Shown: positions 1 to 7,251 of the stretch, piece after piece
Layout: the number at the start of each line of letters is the position of its first letter
Numbering within the stretch: the first letter of the stretch is position 1
NCBI GenBank assembly: GCA_036389345.1
Contig: DASVQD010000030.1
Span: 19,118-83,117 of the forward strand
Direction of reading: 5' to 3'
DNA: 64,000 nt
DNA from: Allosphingosinicella sp.
GTDB lineage: Bacteria > Pseudomonadota > Alphaproteobacteria > Sphingomonadales > Sphingomonadaceae
Translations under genes and position numbers: made by a program
The notes under the pieces: generated by a model
The model's input: the letters and a program-made list of their open reading frames with translations, nothing else
Told to the model about the DNA's origin: nothing
The model's database searches: none

Positions 1-1195
1 CGTACAGCGCGCCGCACCGGGCTACCGGGCCTTCGAGCAACGGGATGAGAGCGTCCCCCGAAGCCAGGCCGTGGAGCCGGGCGACGTTGTCGAGCGCCTC
101 GCGGTCGGCGGGCAAGGCGTGGGTCTGGCGGTCGTCGACCATCTGCAGCCGGTGCTCCACCGTCCGAAGCAGCCGGTAGGCCGAAGCGAGGTCGTCGGCG
201 GCGTCGGCGGGAATCCGTTCCGCCGCCTTCAGGGCCGCAAGGGCGTCGAGGGTCGCCGGAGGCCTCAGCGCCGGCTCCCGGCCTCCGTGGATGAGCTGGT
301 GGATCTGGGCGAAGAACTCGATCTCCCGGATCCCGCCGCGGCCGCGCTTCACGTCGAAGCCGGGCGCGAGGATCTGGCCCTTCGAATAATGGTCCCTGAT
401 CCGGCGGGTGATCGCCTGGACCTCGCCGATCGCTCCGAAATCGAGCGAGCGCCGCCATACGAAGGGATGGAGCGCGTCGAGGAAATAACGGCCCACCGAC
501 TCGTCCCCGGCGACCTGCCGGGCCCGAACGAACGCCGCACGCTCCCAGGGCAAGGCCGAGGATTCGTAATAGGAGATGGCCGCGTCGACCGGGAGGACGA
601 TCGGAGTCGCTTCGGGAGAGGGCCTGAGCCGCAGGTCGACTCGGAAGACGTAGCCTTCCGAGTCGCGCTTCTGGAGCAGTTCGACCAGGCGGTTGCCGAT
701 CCGGAGAGCGCCCTGCCCCGGCTCTTCCCGCGGCCTCAGCGGCAGGGTCGCAGGATCGTAAAGAAAGAGAAGGTCGACGTCGGACGAATAATTGAGCTCA
801 CGGCTCCCGTGCTTGCCGAGCGCGATGACCGCGAATCCGAGGGGCTCATCGTCAGGCGTGCGCTCTTCGAAGGCGGCGGCCAGAGCGCGGGCCAGCGCGC
901 GATCGGCAAGGTCCGAGAGCCCTTCCATCAGCCGCTCGAGCGGGATGGCGCCGGCGAGATCCGACACCGCCAGCGCCGCCGCGAGCGCGCTTCGCTCCCG
1001 CCTGAGGGCCGCGGCCAGATCCTCCGCATCGGCGCCCGCCAGGGCCGCTCGAGCCACCGCTTCTTCGGCCCGGCCGGCCTCAAGCGCCTGCGTTACATCG
1101 GTAAAGCGATCGAGCTGAAGCCTCAGGAAGGGCGAATGCGTCCGCGCTCGCAGGAGCGCGTCCTTAACCGCTTCTTCACTCTGTGTTTCATTCAT
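1..1195 (-). CDS. glnE: glutamine synthetase adenylyltransferase GlnE, N-terminal part; the gene runs off the left edge of the window
   Basis: Hand translation of the minus strand from the ATG at 1195. It is absent from the ORF track because no stop falls inside the window. Sequence: MNETQSEEAVKDALLRARTHSPFL...GFAVIALGKHGSRELNYSSDVDLLFLY...GYVFRVDLRLRPSPEATP...KRGRGGIREIEFFAQIHQLIHGG, which carries typical GlnE nucleotidyltransferase motifs. The + ORF 71..1456 is its antisense shadow. Confidence 0.85.
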   Translation of the reverse strand, partial: MNETQSEEAVKDALLRARTHSPFLRLQLDRFTDVTQALEAGRAEEAVARAALAGADAEDLAAALRRERSALAAALAVSDLAGAIPLERLMEGLSDLADRALARALAAAFEERTPDDEPLGFAVIALGKHGSRELNYSSDVDLLFLYDPATLPLRPREEPGQGALRIGNRLVELLQKRDSEGYVFRVDLRLRPSPEATPIVLPVDAAISYYESSALPWERAAFVRARQVAGDESVGRYFLDALHPFVWRRSLDFGAIGEVQAITRRIRDHYSKGQILAPGFDVKRGRGGIREIEFFAQIHQLIHGGREPALRPPATLDALAALKAAERIPADAADDLASAYRLLRTVEHRLQMVDDRQTHALPADREALDNVARLHGLASGDALIPLLEGPVARCGALY

Positions 1196-1236
1196 ACAAC
1201 AGCCGAAGTTAGTTCCGTTGAGGGGGCGCAACGGTT

Positions 1237-1261
1237 GAAACTACCCCGTTGCCAGTGCGTT
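1237..1261 (+). promoter_or_regulatory. near-consensus EcfG (ECF15) promoter, GAAAC-N16-CGTT
   Basis: GAAAC at 1237-1241, a 16-nt spacer, then CGTT at 1258-1261. It lies about 19 nt upstream of the ATG at 1280. The EcfG consensus is GGAAC-N16/17-CGTT. Confidence 0.5.
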
Positions 1262-1279
1262 CTTAAGGCCGTGAGTACG

Positions 1280-1456
1280 ATGAATCCGAGATTAGAAGCC
1301 ATGGTCCACGCTTCCTCAAGGCGCTTCGTGAAAGTCGCCCCGCCGACGGTGCACGCCGGAGTCGGCAACGCCCTTCGCGAGGCTTTCGCCATGGACGGAG
1401 AGATTCGTTCGCTCGACATGTTCGAGGAATTGCTGGTCCGGCTCGACCAGGCGTGA
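1280..1456 (+). CDS. NepR-like anti-sigma factor paralog (58 aa), candidate
   Basis: The C-terminal 29 aa, VGNALREAFAMDGEIRSLDMFEELLVRLD, align without gaps to the NepR at 3655..3867 (IGQALRQAYSDAVDETVPPEFLDLLGRLG). An EcfG-type promoter precedes it and it is convergent with ecfG. Confidence 0.5.
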   Translation: MNPRLEAMVHASSRRFVKVAPPTVHAGVGNALREAFAMDGEIRSLDMFEELLVRLDQA

Positions 1457-1458
1457 CA

Positions 1459-1544
1459 CGTCGTCCCAGCGAAGGCTGGGACCCCAGCGAGAACGAGCGC
1501 CGAACTTTTCACCCCCGGGGGCCCCAGCCTTCGCTGGGGCGACG
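1459..1544. repeat. REP/MITE-like palindromic element, family A (core CCAGCGAAGGCTGGG / CCGGCGAAAGCCGGG)
   Basis: Inverted arms cgtcgtcccagcgaaggctggga ... ggccccagccttcgctggggcgacg. Spurious ORFs across it read PSLRWGD / VIPAKAG. Confidence 0.9.
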
Positions 1545-1549
1545 GAAAC

Positions 1550-2290
1550 TCAAAGGCCCGGATCGCGGTCCCGGCTCAGGTCGTCCACCTCGCTCATGAT
1601 GCTTTGAAGCGCCGAGCGGCCGCCCTCATTCTCATGCTCGCGGCGCGAGGGGAGCTTGCCATCGGTGAGCAGGGCCTCGAGAGCGACCCGGCCGCGGGCG
1701 ACCCGGCTCTTGATCGTCCCGACCGCGCAGCCGCAAATCTCGGCCGCCTCCTCGTAGGCGAAACCGCCCGCGCCGACGAGGATCAGGGCTTCGCGCTGCG
1801 GCTGGGGCAGGTGGAGCAAAGCGCGCTGCATGTCGGTCAGCTCGACGTGGCGATCCTGGCTTGCGGGCGCTGCAAGCATCTTCGACGCGGTGATCTCGTC
1901 CCACTCGCCCTTGAATCGCGCGCGGCGCATCTGGCTCAGGAACAGGTTTCGAAGGATGATGAAGGTCCAGGCCCGCATGTTGGTCCCGGCCTGGAAGCGC
2001 TTGCGCGCCGCCCAGGCCTTGAGCAGGGTTTCCTGGACGAGATCGTCGGCGAGATCGCGGCTTCCGGATAAAGACCGGCCGAAGGCGCGCAGGTGCGGAA
2101 TGACCTGCGCGAGCTGATCCTTGAACTCGTCGTCCGGCAGCGGCACCGGCTCGAAGCGCGGCGGCTCGATGTCGTCCTCGTCCAATTCCGGCTGCTGAAC
2201 CAAGCTGCCCCCGTTATACGCCGTACTGATTTCGGTACTGAATGCGCTCGTGCGATCCGGACGGGCCGGAGCCCCCCTGTCTTCGGTCAA
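1550..2290 (-). CDS. ecfG: ECF sigma factor, EcfG-like (ECF15), general stress response
   Basis: Sigma-70 region 2 (LRAFGRSLSGSRDLADDLVQETLLKAWAARKRFQAGTNMRAWTFIILRNLFLSQMRR) and region 4 (LPQPQREALILVGAGGFAYEEAAEICGCAVGTIKSRVARGR). It is adjacent to phyR and nepR. The N-terminal extension is unusually long, about 55 aa. Confidence 0.9.
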   Translation of the reverse strand: MTEDRGAPARPDRTSAFSTEISTAYNGGSLVQQPELDEDDIEPPRFEPVPLPDDEFKDQLAQVIPHLRAFGRSLSGSRDLADDLVQETLLKAWAARKRFQAGTNMRAWTFIILRNLFLSQMRRARFKGEWDEITASKMLAAPASQDRHVELTDMQRALLHLPQPQREALILVGAGGFAYEEAAEICGCAVGTIKSRVARGRVALEALLTDGKLPSRREHENEGGRSALQSIMSEVDDLSRDRDPGL

Positions 2291-2302
2291 GAATGTAGGC
2301 CT

Positions 2303-2437
2303 CTACTTCCAGAGAAACAATAAGAGCGCGAAGAGGATGATGACCAGGCCCAGCGAGATGGGCAAAATATAGCGGGTCATGTGCGGGGTAGCCCCCGCGC
2401 GGGCGCTCGTCGTGTCGATATGTTCGCGCTCGTCCAT
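2303..2437 (-). CDS. small membrane protein (44 aa), apparently co-transcribed with ecfG
   Basis: MDEREHIDTTSARAGATPHMTRYILPISLGLVIILFALLLFLWK. The ATG at 2437 has a GAGGAA RBS 5 nt upstream. One C-terminal TM helix. A perfect EcfG promoter lies just upstream, and the stop is 13 nt before the ecfG start. Confidence 0.55.
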   Translation of the reverse strand: MDEREHIDTTSARAGATPHMTRYILPISLGLVIILFALLLFLWK

Positions 2438-2468
2438 GATTCCTCGGTTCCGCTCGTTATGTGGGCGC

Positions 2469-2493
2469 AACGCCCGCTGCTGGTGGGGGTTCC
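2469..2493 (-). promoter_or_regulatory. consensus EcfG promoter GGAAC-N16-CGTT, probably the autoregulated ecfG operon promoter
   Basis: The plus strand reads AACG(2469-2472)-N16-GTTCC(2489-2493), which is GGAAC-N16-CGTT on the minus strand. It sits about 30 nt upstream of the ATG at 2437. Confidence 0.7.
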
Positions 2494-2496
2494 GAA

Positions 2497-2560
2497 GGGG
2501 ACAGTCACTTTTCCACGCGGCGGCCCGAGGTTTCCGCAACGGGGGAAAGTGACTGTCCCC
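2497..2560. repeat. GGGGACAGTCAC inverted-repeat element, family B; probably also the phyR terminator
   Basis: Arms ggggacagtcacttttcc (2497-2514) and ggaaagtgactgtcccc (2544-2560). The element lies directly after the phyR stop. Confidence 0.8.
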
Positions 2561-2569
2561 GATCGCTCC

Positions 2570-3364
2570 CTAGGCCGGGAGGGTGGCGCTGTCGAAGAAC
2601 AAAGCCTGGGCGATGGCCGCCTTCACGGTCGAGCGCTGAAAAGGCTTGGTGATGAGGAAGGTAGGCTCGGGCCGCTCGCCGGTCAGTAGCCGTTCCGGGA
2701 AGGCGGTGATGAAGATGACCGGGACCTGGAATTCCGCGAGGATGTCCTTGACCGCGTCGATCCCGCTGCTGTCGTCGGCGAGCTGGATGTCGGCGAGGAC
2801 GAGTCCGGGGCGACGGGCCATCGCCTGCGACACCGCCTCGTCGCGGGTCACGGCGACTCCAGTCACTGTGTGGCCGAGGTCGCGGACGATCGTCTCGATG
2901 TCCATGGCGATGATCGGCTCGTCCTCGATGATCAGAACTTCGGCCCGGGTCTGGCGCTCGATCTCGGCGAGCGCTTCGGAGACCAGCCGCTCGACGTCCT
3001 CGGGCGAGGCGCCGATCAGATAGCCCGCGTCCTCGGGCGTGAAGCCCTCCATCGCGGTGAGCAGCAGCGCCTGGCGGGAGAGCGGGGTGATCCGGGCGAG
3101 GCGGGCCTGGGCGATCCCTTCCGGATTCTCCGAATCGATCGCGTGCGGATCCTCCTCGATATTGGCCGAGGACCAGATGGCGTGGAAGGTCCGGTAGAGG
3201 CCGAGCCTGGGATCGACGTCGCGCGGAAACTCGCCCGGCGCCGCGACGATCGCCTCCAGCGTCGCCTTGACGAACGCGTCGCCATGACCCTGGGTGCCGG
3301 TGAGAGCGCGCGCATAGCGCCTCAGGAAGGGGAGGTGCGGCGCGAGATCCTGACCAAGCGACAT
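2570..3364 (-). CDS. phyR: anti-anti-sigma factor / response regulator PhyR
   Basis: N-terminal sigma-like domain (LPFLRRYARALTGTQGHGDAFVKATL...LSRQALLLTAMEGFTPEDAGYLIG) fused to a C-terminal receiver (VLIIEDEPIIAMDIE...LVLADIQLADDSSGIDAV...VIFITAFPE...ITKPF). Confidence 0.93.
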   Translation of the reverse strand: MSLGQDLAPHLPFLRRYARALTGTQGHGDAFVKATLEAIVAAPGEFPRDVDPRLGLYRTFHAIWSSANIEEDPHAIDSENPEGIAQARLARITPLSRQALLLTAMEGFTPEDAGYLIGASPEDVERLVSEALAEIERQTRAEVLIIEDEPIIAMDIETIVRDLGHTVTGVAVTRDEAVSQAMARRPGLVLADIQLADDSSGIDAVKDILAEFQVPVIFITAFPERLLTGERPEPTFLITKPFQRSTVKAAIAQALFFDSATLPA

Positions 3365-3493
3365 GTTCGTTTCGACTCCTGTTCGATCCGGGTCCTATTG
3401 AGGTTGCGCCCGCGCTTTGCAACCCGCCATCAGGCGGGTGCAAGGCCGCGAACAGGAGGATTTTTCGGCCCGGCCCGGTCCTCACGCGGCAGT

Positions 3494-3518
3494 GGAACCA
3501 ATCAGCGAGTTTTTTGTT
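3494..3518 (+). promoter_or_regulatory. EcfG-like promoter GGAAC-N16-TGTT upstream of nepR
   Basis: GGAAC at 3494-3498, a 16-nt spacer, then TGTT at 3515-3518. The -10 element differs from CGTT at its first base. Confidence 0.45.
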
Positions 3519-3654
3519 TCCACGGCGACTGCGGGCCATTATCTGGCCGCGGGGTGGGTCCTGCGCATTCGGTTTTTCGATTTCGGTCGGGATCGCGACG
3601 GGCTCCGGACGAAATGCAGCGGGTGCGGCGCCGGCGTCGCGAGGGGTAGAAGAT

Positions 3655-3867
3655 TTGAGCTTCGAGAACGAAGGCGACGACCGAAACGATCGCCGGCCCA
3701 AAGCCGATCCTTTCCATTCCCAGACCGATAGTGAAAACATGCCCAAAAGCCGGAAGCGTCGCGGCTCCAACAGCGAGATCGGCCAGGCGCTTCGCCAGGC
3801 CTATAGCGACGCGGTCGACGAGACCGTCCCTCCCGAATTCCTCGATCTGCTGGGCAGGCTGGGCTGA
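3655..3867 (+). CDS. nepR: anti-sigma factor NepR
   Basis: The C-terminus, SEIGQALRQAYSDAVDETVPPEFLDLLGRLG, matches the NepR signature (G-x-x-LR-x-x-Y ... VP-x-x-F-x-x-LL-x-x-L). The start is ambiguous: TTG at 3655 has a GAGGGG RBS 8 nt upstream, while the ATG at 3739 has no clear RBS. Confidence 0.75.
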   Translation: MSFENEGDDRNDRRPKADPFHSQTDSENMPKSRKRRGSNSEIGQALRQAYSDAVDETVPPEFLDLLGRLG

Positions 3868-3896
3868 AGCAGTGTGAGTGCCGCGGCACCGAAAGG

Positions 3897-3991
3897 TTCG
3901 GGCTGAGTTTGTCGAAGCCCCCGTTTCGTCCGCCGCCGCTTTTCAGCTCGAGCAATAGAAGCAGGATGGGCGTCGACAAGCTCAGCCCGAA
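3897..3991. repeat. palindromic element, family D (GCTGAG(T/C)TTGTCGAAGCCC arms)
   Basis: Arms ttcgggctgagtttgtcgaagccc (3897-3920) and gggcgtcgacaagctcagcccgaa (3968-3991). A tandem duplication of cccgaacggaatggg follows at 3985-4016. Confidence 0.75.
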
Positions 3992-4071
3992 CGGAATGGG
4001 CCCGAACGGAATGGGCGGATTATCTGACGGGTTTTGCTTGAAGGGCCGCCGCTCGGCGGTATCGGAACGGC

Positions 4072-5652
4072 GTGGCGACTGAATCGAAAGGCTGGCTGGC
4101 GACCCGCTTCGCCCGGCTCTCCACCGGGCTCAAGATGGCGCTCATCTTCAGCACGGCGCTCTTCCCGCTCGGACTCGTCGCGATCCTGGTTTCGATCATG
4201 AGCGCCGACGAAAAGAAGGCCGACCGGAAGGAAGAGACCCTGTCCCGGCTCGAGCTCAAGGCGCAGCGGCTGAACTCGGCCTTCTCGCGAAGCGTCCTCA
4301 CCATCAACACCGCCAGCGTCGCGATCTCGCTCACTCCGGCCGGGTCGCGAGTCTGCGAGACCACCCTGCGGCAGCTCGAGCAAGGCCCGGTGACGGTCCG
4401 CTACGCCCTCTATGCCGGCGACGGAAAACTGCGCTGCGCAAGCGCCGGCTTCCGGCCGTCGGCCTCGGGCGCGAGCGCGCACCGCTCGGGCACCATCGCC
4501 CGCCTCGCCGGCGACGGCTCGGCGCTCAGCCTGTTCGTCTTCGGGGATCGAGGCCAGCTCGAAGGAGTCGCCGAATATGGCCGCAAGGCCCTGACCGACC
4601 TGACTTACATTCCAGGGACCAGCCGCGATTTCAACCTCGACCTCAGCGACGGCCCGAGGCGAATGGTGCTTCGCTCCGACTACAAGGCCGGAGCCTGGCG
4701 CCAGAGGGTGCAGGGCACCGAGTCGGTCGCCGGCGGCCAGCTTCGCTTGAGCATCCTTCTGTCCGCTGTGCCCATCACCCTGGCCGACGTTCTGCTCATC
4801 CTACTTCCGGTGCTGATGTGGGTCTTCGCGACCTTGATCGGCTGGTGGATTCTGAGCCGACTCCTGCTCAGGCCGCTTGCCCGGATGGAGCGCGCCGTCG
4901 CGGCCTACAGGCCCGGGGACCGCGAGCTCGCACTTCCCCATGTCGCCACTCCGGCGCGCGAGATCAGGGAGCTCGGCGAAGCCTTCGACCGGGCGGTCCG
5001 GACCCTCGCGCATCATGAGGCCGAGCTCGAAGCGGCGGTGGAGCGGCAGACGAAGCTCGTCCGCGAAGTCCATCACCGGGTGAAGAACAACCTCCAGGTC
5101 GTCGCCTCGCTTCTCAACATCCACTCGCGCGGCTCGCCCAACGAGGAGGTCGCCGCGGCCTATGCCTCGATCCAGCGGCGGGTCGACGCGCTCGCCGTCG
5201 TCCATCGCAACCATTTCGCCGAGCTCGAGGAGAATCGCGGAGTCGCTCTCAAGCCGCTCATCTCGGAGCTTGCCGCCAACCTTCGGGCGACCGCGCCCGC
5301 CTCGGCCTCCGGAATGGCCATCCGCCTCGCCCTCGAGCCTTATTACGTCACCCAGGACGTCGCGGTCTCGGTCGCCTTCCTGATCACCGAGATCGCCGAA
5401 TATGCGATGCTGTGCGGCGCCGGAGCGGTCAGCATCGCGCTGAGCGGCGAAGGCGCGAACAGCGGAACCGCCCGGCTCGCCGTCGAATCGGACAGCCTCC
5501 GGCCGGGCGCCGGCTGCGAACCGATCCTGACCGAACGATTCGACCGGATCGTGACCGGCCTGTCCCGCCAGCTCCGCTCGACCATCGACCGCGACCTCGA
5601 GATCGGCCGCTACACCCTCGCCGTCGCCGTGGTGGACAAGGGGGAACGGTGA
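4072..5652 (+). CDS. membrane sensor histidine kinase, HisKA_2 family (PhyK-like GSR kinase)
   Basis: Two TM segments flank a periplasmic domain, followed by a HAMP-like linker. H-box region VREVHHRVKNNLQVVASLLNIHSR, then a C-terminal ATPase-like domain. It lies directly downstream of nepR. An alternative ATG start is at 4135. Confidence 0.85.
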   Translation: MATESKGWLATRFARLSTGLKMALIFSTALFPLGLVAILVSIMSADEKKADRKEETLSRLELKAQRLNSAFSRSVLTINTASVAISLTPAGSRVCETTLRQLEQGPVTVRYALYAGDGKLRCASAGFRPSASGASAHRSGTIARLAGDGSALSLFVFGDRGQLEGVAEYGRKALTDLTYIPGTSRDFNLDLSDGPRRMVLRSDYKAGAWRQRVQGTESVAGGQLRLSILLSAVPITLADVLLILLPVLMWVFATLIGWWILSRLLLRPLARMERAVAAYRPGDRELALPHVATPAREIRELGEAFDRAVRTLAHHEAELEAAVERQTKLVREVHHRVKNNLQVVASLLNIHSRGSPNEEVAAAYASIQRRVDALAVVHRNHFAELEENRGVALKPLISELAANLRATAPASASGMAIRLALEPYYVTQDVAVSVAFLITEIAEYAMLCGAGAVSIALSGEGANSGTARLAVESDSLRPGAGCEPILTERFDRIVTGLSRQLRSTIDRDLEIGRYTLAVAVVDKGER

Positions 5653-5656
5653 TCGC

Positions 5657-5736
5657 CGTCATCCCGGCGAAGCCGGACCTCGGGGAGACCCACCGTGGCT
5701 TCTTGTCCGGAGGTCCCGGCTTTCGCCGGGAGGACG
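5657..5736. repeat. REP-like element, family A
   Basis: cgtcatcccggcgaagccggacc ... ggtcccggctttcgccgggaggacg. Confidence 0.85.
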
Positions 5737-5740
5737 AGCG

Positions 5741-5950
5741 CTAGCTCCGGTCGTCCCTATTCTTCACGTCGTCCGAATAATCAGGGCGGGCGGCATTCTC
5801 CCGAGCGGCCAAGGCCAAGTCTTCGCTGTCCTGGCCGGCTTCGACCGCGCTCTCGACATTGGGCTTCTCGTCCCGGTGAACCCCGTCCAGGTCGCTGTGC
5901 GGGGTGGATTTGGGCGGTTTAGTCACGAATTCGCTCCTCTTCGCGGCCAT
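5741..5950 (-). CDS. hypothetical small acidic hydrophilic protein (69 aa)
   Basis: The ORF shows GC3-rich codon usage in this frame. No recognisable domain and only a weak RBS. The call rests on coding bias alone. Confidence 0.3.
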   Translation of the reverse strand: MAAKRSEFVTKPPKSTPHSDLDGVHRDEKPNVESAVEAGQDSEDLALAARENAARPDYSDDVKNRDDRS

Positions 5951-6017
5951 GAACCGGCGGGACCTTCGGCCGGTTTCGAAAAATTTTCGGCTGATGCGAT
6001 TTTTTTGACGATCGGCG

Positions 6018-6042
6018 GGAACCCCTCCACGCCTTCCTCGTT
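6018..6042 (+). promoter_or_regulatory. consensus EcfG promoter GGAAC-N16-CGTT
   Basis: GGAAC at 6018-6022, a 16-nt spacer, then CGTT at 6039-6042. No ORF starts nearby; the next gene is 315 nt downstream. Confidence 0.65.
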
Positions 6043-6048
6043 ATGATG

Positions 6049-6150
6049 TTCGGATAGTGACCTTTTGCCCCCCCGCTCTCGCTATCCACGACATGAGCCC
6101 GGACGCGCCAACCTCCCCCCCCCGGTGGCGCCTCCGGGCTCAAATTTTTC
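6049..6150 (+). ncRNA. candidate EcfG-dependent small RNA, about 100 nt, with two C-rich loops
   Basis: Hairpin 1: stem 6052-6060 pairs with 6079-6087, and the loop contains C7 (6068-6074). Hairpin 2: GAGCCCGGA (6095-6103) pairs with TCCGGGCTC (6133-6141), with an inner stem GCGCCA/TGGCGC and loop ACCTCCCCCCCCCGG. AAATTTTT follows at 6142-6149. No plausible ORF is present. Confidence 0.45.
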
Positions 6151-6200
6151 CCCATCCCAGCGAACCCCGTCATTCCGGCGAAGGCCGGAATCCATGAACA
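6150..6200. repeat. REP-like half element, family A
   Basis: catcccagcgaacc + ccgtcattccggcgaaggccggaatccatgaaca. The same arm recurs at 55815. Confidence 0.7.
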
Positions 6201-6357
6201 GGGACGCGAAAACATTTCGAGCGTCTTGACCATGGGTGCGCGTCAAGCCGGTCCCCCGGGCGGAAGATCGGAACAATCGTGCCGGCCCCGGCATTTCCCT
6301 ACTCACCTTGCAACTTCGAGCGCGCGACGCGCCCGGTTGCATTCGAGGAGACCCAAC

Positions 6358-6489
6358 ATGCGTAAGCTTATCACCCTCGCCGTCATCGCCGGCGGCCTTA
6401 CCCTCAGCGCCTGCAACACGGTCCACGGCGCTGCGAACGACGTCAAGTCGACCACCGACTGCGCCGACGGCAAGCCCGGCAACTGCTGA
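6358..6489 (+). CDS. entericidin EcnA/B-family small lipoprotein
   Basis: MRKLITLAVIAGGLTLSACNTVHGAANDVKS... has the lipobox LSAC followed by the NT-x-x-G motif typical of entericidins. A GGAGA RBS lies 6 nt upstream. Confidence 0.8.
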   Translation: MRKLITLAVIAGGLTLSACNTVHGAANDVKSTTDCADGKPGNC

Positions 6490-6512
6490 TCCGCCCGACG
6501 CCCCACTTATGG

Positions 6513-6541
6513 AAAGGCCGCCCTCGGGCGGCCTTTTTTTA
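6513..6541. terminator. bidirectional intrinsic terminator
   Basis: aaaggccgcc-ctcg-ggcggccttttttt, between the convergent genes ending at 6489 and 6539. Confidence 0.8.
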
Positions 6542-7189
6542 TCCCTCGGTCCGGGGCGCCGCCACCATCTCGACGATGGTCAGGCCGGATCCCGGCGTCG
6601 GTTCCGGAAGGGTAAGCCGATAACGGAATTCCCCGATCCGTTCGACCAGCCCGGCCGCGTCGCCGGAGGGGTCGTCCCCATAGGCCGGCGGAGCCCTCGA
6701 GCCCGCCGGCACCGCGGCGCCGAGGAAGACGAGCTGCTCGCCCCCTTTGAGCTCCCACAAATAGCCGCCGAAGCGAAGTCCGCGAAGCTCGGTCGCCAGG
6801 GTCAGCTGCCTCTCCTCGACGCCCACATAGCAATAGCCGGGGGCCGAGCTCACCCATTTGCGGCCGCCGGGACGAACATAGCGGCACCGATAGCTTCCCG
6901 GCGCCGGCGCCGCCCGGGCGAGCCGCGCTTCGGGCGCGAGAAGCTCGCCTTCCGCGGCGATCCGCCGAGACAGCTTCGACGCCCGACCGGCCGCCAGGGC
7001 CTGCCTCCAGCGATCGGGAAGGGAGTCCAGTGCGATTGCGTCCCGCTGCGAGGCGACGCTCCGCCAGGGCTCGGCTTCTTCCAGGACGATTCTCGGACCG
7101 GCCTCGGCCGACCTTCCGGGCGGTGCCGTCTGGCACGCGGCGGCTCCCGCCAGGACGGCGAGGCAGTAGACTAGACGCAGCCGCGACAT
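6539..7189 (-). CDS. hypothetical lipoprotein (216 aa)
   Basis: Internal ATG at 7189. MSRLRLVYCLAVLAGAAACQTAPPG gives a signal peptide plus lipobox. The upstream part of the 326-aa track ORF is Arg/Gly-rich and does not look coding. Confidence 0.65.
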   Translation of the reverse strand: MSRLRLVYCLAVLAGAAACQTAPPGRSAEAGPRIVLEEAEPWRSVASQRDAIALDSLPDRWRQALAAGRASKLSRRIAAEGELLAPEARLARAAPAPGSYRCRYVRPGGRKWVSSAPGYCYVGVEERQLTLATELRGLRFGGYLWELKGGEQLVFLGAAVPAGSRAPPAYGDDPSGDAAGLVERIGEFRYRLTLPEPTPGSGLTIVEMVAAPRTEG

Positions 7190-7251
7190 GGCGCAGACCC
7201 TCCCACCAGAATTCACAAAGCCACGCCTACAAATCGCGCCCCGGCGCGGGG

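Noticed and set aside
71-1456. 461-aa + strand ORF covering the left end of the window
   Set aside because: Its composition is Arg/Gly/Pro-rich with no motifs. The opposite strand translates cleanly as GlnE, so this is an antisense shadow ORF. Only its last 58 codons (1280..1456) were kept, as the NepR-like candidate.
3365-3493. Expected EcfG-type promoter for phyR in the phyR-nepR divergent region
   Set aside because: No AACG-N16/17-GTTCC was found on the plus strand. Only an imperfect hairpin (ttgcaacccgcc-atca-ggcgggtgcaa, 3417-3443) is present, so no phyR promoter call was made.
5951-6060. EcfG promoter for the minus-strand 69-aa ORF (CGAAC-N16-CGTG)
   Set aside because: Both the -35 and -10 elements deviate from consensus. 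It also partly overlaps the much better plus-strand motif, so it is likely coincidental.
6270-6294. GGAAC-N17-CATT upstream of the entericidin gene as a second EcfG promoter
   Set aside because: The -35 element is perfect, but the -10 lacks the conserved G of CGTT. This is too weak to call, and it is mentioned only as an alternative to read-through from 6018.
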